A stretch of DNA of 64,000 nucleotides, from positions 20,072,151 through 20,136,150 of the forward strand of contig NC_090413.1 of NCBI RefSeq assembly GCF_036365525.1, read 5' to 3'. Of the stretch, positions 35,825 through 46,251 are shown in pieces. The notes beneath the pieces were generated by a model, which saw nothing but the letters and a program-made list of their open reading frames with translations, did not search any database and was not told where the DNA came from. The position numbers were made by a program, and so were the translations under genes. Each line of letters begins with the position of its first letter. Position 1 is the stretch's first letter. The stretch comes from Heterodontus francisci (taxonomy: Eukaryota).

Positions 35825-36083
35825 TGTAATGAGTTATTTTTATGTTGTCTGATGCAATATAAATGAGTTGCGTGGAGTCCAGCTGTTGAAGACCTCAAGC
35901 AGGTTTATTAAACAGCTAAGCTATTATGTACAGTACAGAGCTAACTATTAACAGAACCTCACTCTTGGTGCTACAGTTACAGAGTGACTCTGTCTTCAAG
36001 TCACATGACTATGCCCTGCTACTTAGCTCATTTGCGTACAAAGATCTAAAAGGGATATCACTCTTAAAGGCAATCGCACAACA
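35825..36083 (-). repeat. 5' LTR
   Basis: tgtaatgagt...gcacaaca, followed by the CCAAT TSD. Confidence 0.93.
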
Positions 36084-36953
36084 CCAATGTTCTAATTTGC
36101 ACCAAGTCCTGCTCACCCATCACCCTTGTGCTCGCTGACCTACATTGGCTCCCAGTTAAGCAATGCCTCAAGTTTAAAATTCTCATCTTTGCTTTCAAGT
36201 CCCTCCATGGACTCTCCCCTCCCTATCTAGTCTTCACACTACACAACACTGCAAGATCTCTGCACTGCTCCAATTCTGGCCTCTTGCACATCTCTGATTT
36301 TAATAACTCCACCATTGGCAACCATGCCTTCAGCTGCCTATGCCCCAAGTTCTGGAATCTCGACCTCTCTCCTCCTTTAAAACGCTCCTTAAAACTCCTC
36401 TTTGACCAGGATTTTGGCCATCTGCCTAATATCACCTCATGTGGCTCAGTGTCAAATTTTGTTTTATAATGCTCCTGTCAAGCACCTTTGGACTTTTTAA
36501 TTACATCAAAGGTGTGATACAAATACAAGTTCTTGTTGTCTGTTATCTTGTCAGCCCAACATTGTGACGGAACTAAATTCTCATAGTGACCATTGTTAAT
36601 CTAAGGCAGTTCAGATGGGTGCATATTAATTCAGTTTTTGTGTGCTGTTAGACTGCTGCCCAGTTGCTATTCTAAACACTTCACATTTTGGCAAAAATAT
36701 TCAGCAGAAATGGTCGAATAAATTGAACAGAACAGTCTCAAAGTTAATTACTGTTCTTTTAATAGACTGTAAGAGCAGAAAAATTAAAAGGGAATTTCAT
36801 TTTCTCTTCACTCCCCTCTACTCAGGAAGACTTTGACTCTTTGCTAGATTATAGTAAAAATATAGAAAGCCCCTTAGAAGATATTAAGCTATTAGAATTT
36901 ACATATAGATTTTGAATTGCAAGGAGGTGGCAAATTATTGCGTCGGTTCTGTC

Positions 36954-36972
36954 GGCCTGCAGAGGGCGCTCC
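36954..36972 (+). promoter_or_regulatory. CTCF-like binding motif
   Basis: GGCCTGCAGAGGGCGCTCC closely fits CCASYAGRKGGCRS, with local CpG retention. Confidence 0.5.
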
Positions 36973-37699
36973 AGTTGTCTTTGAACATCTAATCTATTGA
37001 AAACCAGCAAATGAGAGTCTGTTGGGGTGAGCCCATGAGGTCATAGAGAGAGTGAAACAGGATCTGTGAAGGTGGATAACATACACATGAGCCAAACCAC
37101 GAGACTGGTATTTCTAACTGTAATCAAGAAGATAGTAAACTGGGCCAGCCACAAAAACACACCCTTGAACACACAGAAATTCCAAGCTTCTACCACTTCT
37201 AAAAGTGCTTCCTAATTTGCCTCCTGAATGGGCCTAACTCTAATTTTAAGATCCTGGCTGCTCATTCTTGATTCTCTCATTAGAGCAAATATCTACCCAA
37301 TCAAAACCTTTCAACATTTTCAATTCCTCGATCAAATCACCCTTTGATCTTCTACGCCCAAGGGAATCTAAGCCAAGTTTATGCAAGCTGCTCTCATAAT
37401 TTGACCCTTTAAACCCATTCCAGTGGATGTAAACTGCTCCTCCAAGGCCAGAACAGAAGGCAGTGCTCCAGATGGGGTCTGGCTAAGGCTCTACAGAACT
37501 GAAGCTTAGATTCCCCTGCTTTGTTATCCAGCTCCCTTGAGATAAAGACCAACATTCATTCGTGTTTTTGTACCTGTCCTCTAGCTTTCAATGATTTGGA
37601 ACAAAACAAATGGGGATGTGACCAGGCGTTAATAAATTAGTCATTTTCATTGTGTAAGCCCTTTATGGAAGTGGTGCTCAATCTCCATAAATAATATTT

Positions 37700-38300
37700 T
37701 CTCTTCCTTCCATGTCCCACTCGTCCCGTTCCTCCTGAAGGCTGCGACTCGGGCTCTAATGCTATTCCACAACATCGAAGGCTATAATTTTTTGCCAAGG
37801 CCAAAGCTGAACAGAACAACAGGAGTTGATTGAGGTTGAGATCCTGGTTTGAGTTCTGACCTTTGCTTTGCTGATGTTGAAAGCTCATCCGAAACCTTAA
37901 ATAAACTGACTGATTAAGCCTCTTGATCATGGAACACAGTAAATGACAAAAGTGGATTTGTATTTAAAGACAAAGACTTTCGGCGTGCGCAAAAACTATT
38001 GTTCATCAAAAACTCAGACCGACAGGACTATAGATGCCTGCATCTGATTTGTTACTTTTTTTTTGAGAATGGGTACCACTTTAGTATGTTTCTGTTCAGG
38101 TGAAACCTCCATCGTGTCAATCAACTCCCTTATAATCAACAGTTACAGCTCATAAATCTCTTGTCTTTTTTATAAACTGGGATAAATCCCATCTATCTAT
38201 TTTGGACTTCCATCTTATTTATATTGAAGGTTATTGCTACTTCGGAAGGATATGTTGCTCATGTCAAAACCTTGTGAATACTTGGAAGCATAAATAATTC
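37700..38300 (-). mobile_element. Ancient degenerate CR1-like RT fragment
   Basis: The remnant PE....KVVPILKK...SDAGIYSPV.L parallels the CR1 motif PEDWK.A.V.P.FKKG...PGNYRPVSL. Confidence 0.5.
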
Positions 38301-38554
38301 AGAATTCTCATGCTCATTATCTATTTCAGCTGTTTGCACCTTTTATAGTTCTTGTATCCTCCTAACTTTCAAGTGCTGAAAAGATTTCTTGACTGTTAAG
38401 TTTTGTGTCTGGAGATACACAATTCCAAATCTCTCCTTGCCCCTCTGAGCACCCTCGTAACATGTTTCTGCACTCATCCCAATGAACTCCTTCATGTTTC
38501 TCCTTATATGATTTATAGTAGTCATTCTTGCTCCTTATTTCATTGAGTTTTGTC

Positions 38555-38866
38555 ATTTTTTATTTATTGAGAGATACAGCACTGAAACAGGCCCTTCGGC
38601 CCACCGAGTCTGTGCCGACCAACAACCACCCATTTATACCAACCCGACAGTAATCCCATATTCCCTACCACCTACCTACACTAGGGGCAATTTACAATGG
38701 CCAATTTACTTATCAACCTGCAAGTCATTGGCTGTGGGAGGAAACCGGAGCACCCGACGAAAACCCACGCAGACACAGGGAGAACTTGCAAACTCCGCAC
38801 AGGCAGTACCCAGAATCGAACCCGGGTCCCTGGAGCTGTGAGGCTGCGGTGCTAACCACTGCGCCA
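38555..38866 (-). mobile_element. HE1-type V-SINE
   Basis: Reverse-complement homolog of 13824-14173. Confidence 0.85.
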
Positions 38867-39136
38867 CAACAATTTATACTGCATGGGTGCTGATTGGTTG
38901 GCAAGTTGACTCTGATTGTTTGTGGCGTCGCCATGGAGAATGCACTTGGGAAATATTGTCCTTCACACTATTGTTTACTTCAAAAAAGGCACAAAGCCTG
39001 GAGATTCCTTTTGCCTGCAGAAGGATGGTCCCTGCATATGAATATATGTAGCTTCTATCAAATGTAAATGAGTCACATTGTGAGCCTGACTAATAATATA
39101 AATTGTTGCTCCCTTTGAAATTTGTCATTCTTGCAT

Positions 39137-39172
39137 CTGTCCTGATGTGTGCAAGATGAAAAGCTTCGACAG
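39137..39172 (+). ncRNA. Degenerate minimal type-I hammerhead ribozyme motif (Penelope type)
   Basis: ctgtc-CTGATGt-gt gcaag at-GAAA-agct-TC-gacag: stem I ctgtc/gacag, palindromic stem III loop, one core mismatch. Confidence 0.55.
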
Positions 39173-40812
39173 TATGTCTCTTTTTTCAGCAAGACTTTAT
39201 TTTTATTCTTGGAATCTGAGCATCACTGGCAATTCCATTAGCACCCAGTCTCTCAATACCTCCAATTTAAAATTCTCATTCTTGTTTTTGAATCCCTTCA
39301 AAGTTTTATCCCTCACTATTTCTGTAACTTCCTCTCACCCTGCAATTCCTTCCCTCACCCACCTACCTTCAATATTGGCCTATTGTGCATCCCTTCATCC
39401 TTGATTGTCAGCCATGTCTTCAGCTGTCTAGGACCCATAACCTTGAAGTCCTTTGATAATTCCTGCGCCTTTCCACCTTTAAGACCCTCCATAAAACCCA
39501 TCTCTTTCACCAAACATTTAGTCTTCCCACCTAATAGCTCCTTCATCAGTTCCACATCCTATGTTTAAGGTGCTGCATATCTATAAATAAATTGTTGTGG
39601 TTGTCAGTTGTTCAGTACAATGGAAACGGAATTTTAATTTCATGCTTGGGATGTGGGCATGACTGGCAAGGCTGGCATTTATTGCCCATTCCTCAGAGTC
39701 AAAAGATTGTGGGTTCACATTCCACTCCAGGACTTGAGCACAAAAACCTAGGCTGACATTCAAATGCAGCACTGAGGGAGTGTTCAACTGTCGGAGGTGC
39801 TGTCTTTCAGATGAGACATTAAGTCAAGGCCCAGTGTGCCCAGTTGAGGACCTCAAATATCCCATGACACCATTTCAAAGAAGAGCAGGGGAGTTCTTCC
39901 CGGTGTCCTGGCCAATATTTATCCGTCAAATCAACATCACAAAATAACAGATTAACAGATTATCTGGTCATTATCACATTGCTGTTTGTGGGAGCTTGCT
40001 GTGCACAAATTGGCTGCCACGTTTCTTACATTAGTAAGAAGTGACTGACTACACTTCAAAAAGTACCTCATTGGCTGTAAAGTGTTTTTGGATGTCCTGA
40101 GGTCGTGAAAGGCATGATATAAATTCAAGACTTTTTTTTCTCATTGCTCTATTTGATACAATCTAGGCCACCTCAGTTAGGAGTGATCTAGAAATAATGG
40201 TTGCCTTCTAACTAGTCAGAATTGTACTTTAAATTACATTGTGAGAGTAGGACAAGGGAATGCAGGTTCAAACGAGTAAAAGGCAAACTTAAGTCTAATC
40301 TCTGTAAGGTCTTCAAACAAGGCCTGATCAATGTGTGAAATGGACTGCCAGGTAAAGTAATGTAGCCAAGAATCATTGAAGGAATAACTGGATGCTGCAA
40401 AGTGCAGCTGTAAACACATCAATGAAAATAATTTAAAACCTCTACCTACCCTTGTGTGCAAATTAAAAAGTGCAAAGATCACCGTAAAACTATGTACAGC
40501 ATCTCAAATGTCATTATTGCAATCCAATTTCTAACTTTGGGCATCTATAGAGGGATGGGCCAAATACCTTTCCTCATACCAAAAGATTGAGAGGGAGAAT
40601 GAGAAATTCTTCAGACAGAACGTTATTATGATTTGGAATGCGCTACCTTAAAGTGTGGCAGAATCAAATTCCATAGTCACTTTCAAAAGGTAAATGGGCC
40701 TGGACTTGAAGAGGACTAATTTGTAGGGTTATGTGGGATAAAGCTGGACTGTGGGATTAAATTGGACAACTCTTTCAAAGAGATGGCAAGTGGGGCCAAA
40801 TAGCCTCAAAGA

Positions 40813-43575
40813 TCAAACAACAAAGAACAGTACAGCACAGGAACAGGCCAGTCGGCCCTCCAAGCCTGCGCCGATCTTGAAGCCTGCCTAAACTAAAACC
40901 TTCTGCACTTCCGGGGACTGTATCCCTCTATTCCCATCCTATTCATGTATTTGTCAAGATGCCTCTTAAACGTCATTATCGTACCTGCTTCCACCACCTC
41001 CCTTGGCAGCAAGTTCCAGGCACGCACCACCCTCTGTGTAAAGAACTTGCCTCGCATATCCCCTCTAAACTTTGCCCCTCTCACCTTAATCCTATGTCCG
41101 CTAGTAACTGACTCTTCCACCCTGGGAAAAAGCTTCTGACTATCCACTCTGTCCATGCTGCTCATAACTTTGTAAACCTCTATCATGTTACCCCTCCACC
41201 TCCGTCGTTCCAGTGAAAACAATCCGAGTTTATCCAACCTCTCCTCATAGCTAATGCCCTCCAGACCAGGCAACATCCTGGTAAACCTCTTCTGTACCCT
41301 CTCCAAAGCCTCCACGTCCTTCTGGTAGTGTGGCAACCAGAATTGCACGCAATATTCTAAGTGTGGCCTGACTAAAGTTCTGTACAGCTGCAGCATGACT
41401 TGCCAATTTTTATACTCTATGCCCCGACCGATGAAGGCAAGCATGCTGTATGCCTTCTTGACTACCTTATCCACCTGCGTTGCCACTTTCAGTGACCTGT
41501 GGACCTGTACGCCCAGATCTCTCTGCCTGTCAAAGTGTTCTGCCATTTACTGTATACTTTCCACCTGCATTAGATCTTCCAAAATGCATTACCTCACATT
41601 TGTCCGGATCAAACTTCATCTGCCATTTCTCCGCCCGAGTCTCCAACCGATCTATATCCTGCTGTATCCTCTGACAATCCTCATCACTATCCGCAACTCC
41701 ACCAACCTTTGTGTCGTCCGCAAACTTACTAATCAGGCCAGCTATATTTTCCTCCAAATCATTTATATATACTACAAACAGCAAAGGTCCCAGCACTGAT
41801 CCCTGCGGAACACCACTAGTCACATCCCTCCATTCAGAAAAGCACCCTTCCACTGCTACCCTGTCTTCTATGACAGAGCCAGTTCTGTATCCATCTTGCC
41901 AGCTCACCTCTGATCTCGTGTGACTTCACCTTTTGTACCAGTCTGCCATGAGGGACCTTGTCAAAGGCTTTACTGAAGTCCATATAGATAACATCCATTG
42001 CCCTTCCTTCATCAATCATCTTTGTCACTTCCTCAAAAAACTCAATCAAATTAGTGAGACATGACCTCCCCTTCACAAAACCATGCTGCCTCTCACTGAT
42101 AAGTTCGTTTGTTTCCAAATGGGAGTAAATCCTGTCCCGAAGAATCCTCTCCAATAATTTCCCTACCACTGACGTAAGGCTCACCGGCCTATAATTTCCT
42201 GGATTAGGCTTGCTACCCTTCTTAAACAAAGGAACAATATTGGCTATTCTCCAGTCCTCTGGGACCTCACCTGTAGCCAATGAGGATGCAAAGATTTCTG
42301 TCAAGGCCCCAGCAATTTCTTCCCTTGCCTCCCTCAGTATTCTGGGGTAGATCCCATCAGGCCCTGGGGACTTATCTACCTTAATGCTTTGCAAGACACC
42401 CAACACCTCCTCCTTTTTGATAATGAGATGACTGAGACTATCTACACTCCCTTTCCTAGACTCATCATCTACCAAGTCCTTCTCTTTGATGAATACTGAT
42501 GCAAAGTACTCATTTAGTACCTCGCCCATTTCCTCTGGCTCCACACGTAGATTCCCTTCTCTGTCCTTGAGTGGGCCAACCCTTTCCCTAGTTACCCTCT
42601 TGCTCTTTATATACATATAAAAAGCCTTGGGATTTTCCTTAATCCTGTTTGCCAATGACTTTTCATGACCCCTTTTAGCCCTCCTGACTCCTTGCTTAAG
42701 TTCCTTCCTACTGTCTTTATATTCCTCAAGGGATTCGTCTGTTCCTAGCCTTCCAGCCCTTACGAATGTTTCCTTTTTCGTTTTGACTAGGCTCACAATA
42801 TCCCACGTTATCCAAGGTTCCCGAAACTTGCCAGACTTATCCTTCTTCCTCACAGGAACATGCTGGTCCTGGATTCTGATCAACTGACATTTGAAAGACT
42901 CCTACATGTCAGATGTTGATTTACCCTCAAACAGCCGGCCCCAATCTAAATTCTTCAGTTCCTGCCTAATATTGTTATAATTTGCCTTCCCCCAATTTAG
43001 CACCTTCACCCGAGGACTACTCCTATCCTTATCCACAAGTACCTTAAAACTTAAGGAATTATGGTCACTGTTCCCGAAATGCTCCCCTACTGAGACTTCG
43101 ACCATCTGGCCGGGCTCATTTCCCAATACCAGGTCCAGTACGGCCCCATCCCTAGTTGGACTATCTACATATTATTTCAAGAAGCCCTCCTGGATGCTCC
43201 TTACAAATTCTGCCCCATCCAAGCCACTAGCACTAAGTGAGTCCCAGTCAATATAGGGGAAGTTAAAATCACCCACCACTACAACCCTGTTACCTTTACA
43301 TCTTTCCAAAATCTGTCTACATATCTGCTCCTCTACCTCCCGCTGGCTATTGGGAGGCCTGTAGAAAACCCCAACATAGTGACTGCACCCTTCCTATTCC
43401 TGAGCTCCACCTATATTGCCTCACTGCATGACCCCTCCGAGGTGTCCTCCCGCAGTATAGCTGTGATATTCTCCTTAACCAGTAATGCAACTCCCCCACC
43501 CCTTTTACATCCCCCTCTATCCCGCCTGAAGCTTCTAAATCCTGGAACATTTAGCTGCCAATCTTGTCCTTTCCT
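40813..43575 (-). mobile_element. Young CR1 LINE, 5'-truncated (~2.8 kb: partial endonuclease, RT, 3' UTR)
   Basis: ORFs 41834-42883 (KSPGPDGIYP, NYRPVSLTS, DFSKAFDKVPH), 41530-41907 (FADDTK), 40893-41546 and 42902-43126 (SDHN); few frameshifts. Confidence 0.95.
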
Positions 43576-44018
43576 CCTTCTGTGCTAAATGAAAGATTGC
43601 ATTTATATAGTGCCTTTCACGACCACAGGATGTTTCGACGTGCTTTTTATCCAAATAAGTACTTCTGACTTTTTTTATTTGTTTGTGGGATGTGGGTGTC
43701 GCTGGCTCGGCCAGCATTTATTGCCCATCCCGAATTGCCCTTGAACTGAGCGGCTTGCTAGGCCATTTCAGAGGGCAGTTAATAGTCAACCACATTGCTG
43801 CAGGTCTGGAGTCACATGTAGGCCGGACCAGGTAAGGAAAGCACGACATTAGAGAACCAGACGGGTTTTTACAACAATCGACAATGGTTTCATGGTCACT
43901 ATTATACTAGCTTTTTAATTCCAGTTTTATTTCTTGAATTCAAATTTCACCATCTGCTGTGGTGGGATTCCCCATGTCCCCACAGCACTAGTCCGGGCTG
44001 CTGGATTACTAGTCCAGT

Positions 44019-45417
44019 TTTTTTAAATTTCCAAAATATACTTTATTCATAAAAATCTGTGAAAATTACATTGCCAAACAGTTTCAAACAGCACCAAAAA
44101 ATACAAACATTGCAAGGGAGATCAGTTTCCTTCAAAACAATCATGAGTTGCCTCACAACCCTTCCATTTCATTTGTCATGCCATTAACATTTTAACATTT
44201 TACAGCAAATGAAAATATTAACGATACAGTTCGAGGGGTTTCCCATGGATCCAGCCCCTCAGTTCAGCTTGGTGGGTGGACCTTACACTGTGGTCTTTCC
44301 CCATTGAGCCTTTGCTGCGGCTGCCCCAAGCTTTAGTGCGTCCCTCAGCACGTAGTCCTGGACCTTGGAATGTGCCAGTCTGCAACATTCGGTGGTGGAC
44401 AACTCTTTGCGCTGGAAGACCAGCAAGTTTCGGGCAGACCAAAGGGCGTCTTTCACCAAATTGATAGTCCTCCAGCAGCAGTTGATGTTTGTCTCGGTGT
44501 ACGTCCCTGGGAACAGCCCGTAGAGCACAGACTCCTGTGTTACAGAGCTGCTTGGGATGAACCTCGACAAAAACCACTGCATCTCTTTCCACACCTGCTT
44601 TGCAAAGACACATTCTAGGAGGAGTTGGGCAACCGTCTCTTCCCTACCACAGCCACCGTGGGGACATTGCACGGAGGGGGCGAGACTTCGGGTGTGCATG
44701 AAGGATCTGACGGGGAGGGCTCTTCTCACCACCAGTCAAGCTACGTCTTGGTGCTTGTTTGAAAGTTCTGGTGATGAGGCATTCCGCCAAATGACTTTGG
44801 CAGTCTGCTCGGGGAACCATCCGACAGGATCCACCATCTCCTTTTCCCGTAGTGCCTTGAGGACATTCCGTGCAGACCACTGCCTGATGGACCGGTGGTC
44901 AAAGATGTTTTCCCGCAGAAACTGCTCCACGAAGGATAGGTGGTACGACACGGTCCAACTGCATGGAGCGTTCCGCGGCAATGTGACCAGGCCCATCCTT
45001 CGCAACACCGGGGACAGGTAGAACCTCAGCACGTAGTGACACTTGGAGTTTGCGTACTGGAGGTCTACACACAGCTTGATGCAGCCGCACACGAAGGTGG
45101 TCATCAGGATGAGGGCCACGTTGGGTACATTTTTCCCGCCCTTATCCAGAGATTTGAACATCGTGTCCCTCCGGACCCGGTCCATTTTAGATCCCCAGAT
45201 GAAGCGGAAAATGGCTCGGGTGACCGCCACAGCGCAGGAGTGGGGTATGGGCCAGACCTGCGCCACGTACAGCAACAACGTAAGCACCTCACACCCGATG
45301 ACCAGGTTCTTACCCACAAAGGAGAGAGATCGCTGCCCCCACATGCTCAACTTTTGTTGTACCTTGGCTACTCGCTCCTCCCAGGTTTTGGTGCACGCCC
45401 CGGCCCTTCCGAACCAT
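44019..45417 (-). mobile_element. L1/Tx1-clade LINE 3' fragment with poly(A) tail
   Basis: ORFs 44736-45350 and 44283-44732 with CP..GCG.EETV.QLL.EC (zf-RVT-like); AATAAA and an A-tail; near-TSD tagtccagt/tagttcagt. Confidence 0.88.
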
Positions 45418-45766
45418 TAGTTCAGTGACCTCACTACCGCCTCCCCTCAAACTGCTGTAATGTAGGAAACACAGCAGCCAATTTGTGCACAGCAAGATCC
45501 CACAAACAGCAATGTGATAGTGACCAGATCATCCCCTTTTTATGCTGTTGAAAGTCTATGTATTATCTTATGAGTTCATACAGAACATTCCAGCTTCTAT
45601 ATCATATATGACTCGCCAGGTAAAATGATCAGTTTCTTTCTAAGAGGCAATCATTCAAACAGTTACAGATTGTGGACAATAATACACTCCTGACTCTGAA
45701 TCAGACAAATTCAGCAGGCACAATGTTAATGAGTGAATGAGATGGTTATGAGGATGTTGAGAGGTT

Positions 45767-45785
45767 TCCCTCTAGATGGTGCTGT
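45767..45785 (+). promoter_or_regulatory. CTCF-like motif upstream of the CAMSAP promoter
   Basis: CCTCTAGATGGTGCTG resembles CCACTAGATGGCGCT. Confidence 0.35.
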
Positions 45786-45819
45786 GTGTGAAGGCACAGG
45801 ACACCTGAACCCATTGAAA

Positions 45820-46121
45820 AATGACGAGTTAGGAACAGCCCAGCCTCCAGCTCCAGTCTGAGTCAGCGCAGTACCTGGATCCGAAAGCCGGCAGCAAGAG
45901 GGAGGAGGTAAGCGGCCAGGGGAAAGAAGGAAGGGGAATGGAGTGAAAGCTCTTTATCCAACGGTGGTCTACAACTCCAAGCCAACACGCTCGCAGAACT
46001 GAAGCCAAGAGAAACCAGCCATTGCCGAGGGAAGAAAGCGGAGGTGGAAAATCTAATTTTACTTGTTCTAATTTGCCTTGTTCGCCCCTTGCACTGCGGA
46101 TGGCCGCTCTTTCCTCTTGCT
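45820..46121 (+). promoter_or_regulatory. CpG-enriched promoter/5' UTR region of the CAMSAP gene
   Basis: Repeat-free and CpG-retaining stretch directly upstream of the ATG. Confidence 0.5.
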
Positions 46122-46251
46122 ATGGTAGATGTGGATGAAATGAGGAAGACCTTCCTTGTCCCGGAGATCAAGCCTTTGGACCAGTACGATTTTTCTAGAG
46201 CGAAGGTGGCTGGAAGCCTCTCGTGGCTCCTGGCTAAATCCTACGGATCAG
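46122..46251 (+). CDS. CAMSAP3: Calmodulin-regulated spectrin-associated protein, first coding exon
   Basis: MVDVDEMRKTFLVPEIKPLDQYDFSRAKVAGSLSWLLAKSYGS matches the CAMSAP2/3 N-terminus (TFLVPEIK.LDQYDFSRAK as in CAMSAP3); G|gtacat phase-1 donor; exon 2 not found in the window. Confidence 0.85.

Larger units (their letters stand above)
32541..36083 (-). mobile_element. Non-autonomous Gypsy (Mag-like) LTR retrotransposon carrying a captured Myc-family C-terminus
   Basis: TG...CA-bounded direct repeats at 32541-32798 and 35825-36083; CCAAT TSD at 32536-32540 and 36084-36088; PBS, PPT, gag with two zinc knuckles, DTG protease; no RT, RNase H or integrase core visible. Confidence 0.93.
30370..36535 (+). 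mobile_element. L2 LINE fragment split by later insertions (pieces ~30370-30690, 32509-32540, 36089-36535)
   Basis: The pieces join into a continuous L2 ORF2 C-terminus: ...KLKVIQNSAA|NVL..TKSCSPIT.VLADLHWLPVKQ.LKFKIL. Confidence 0.75.
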
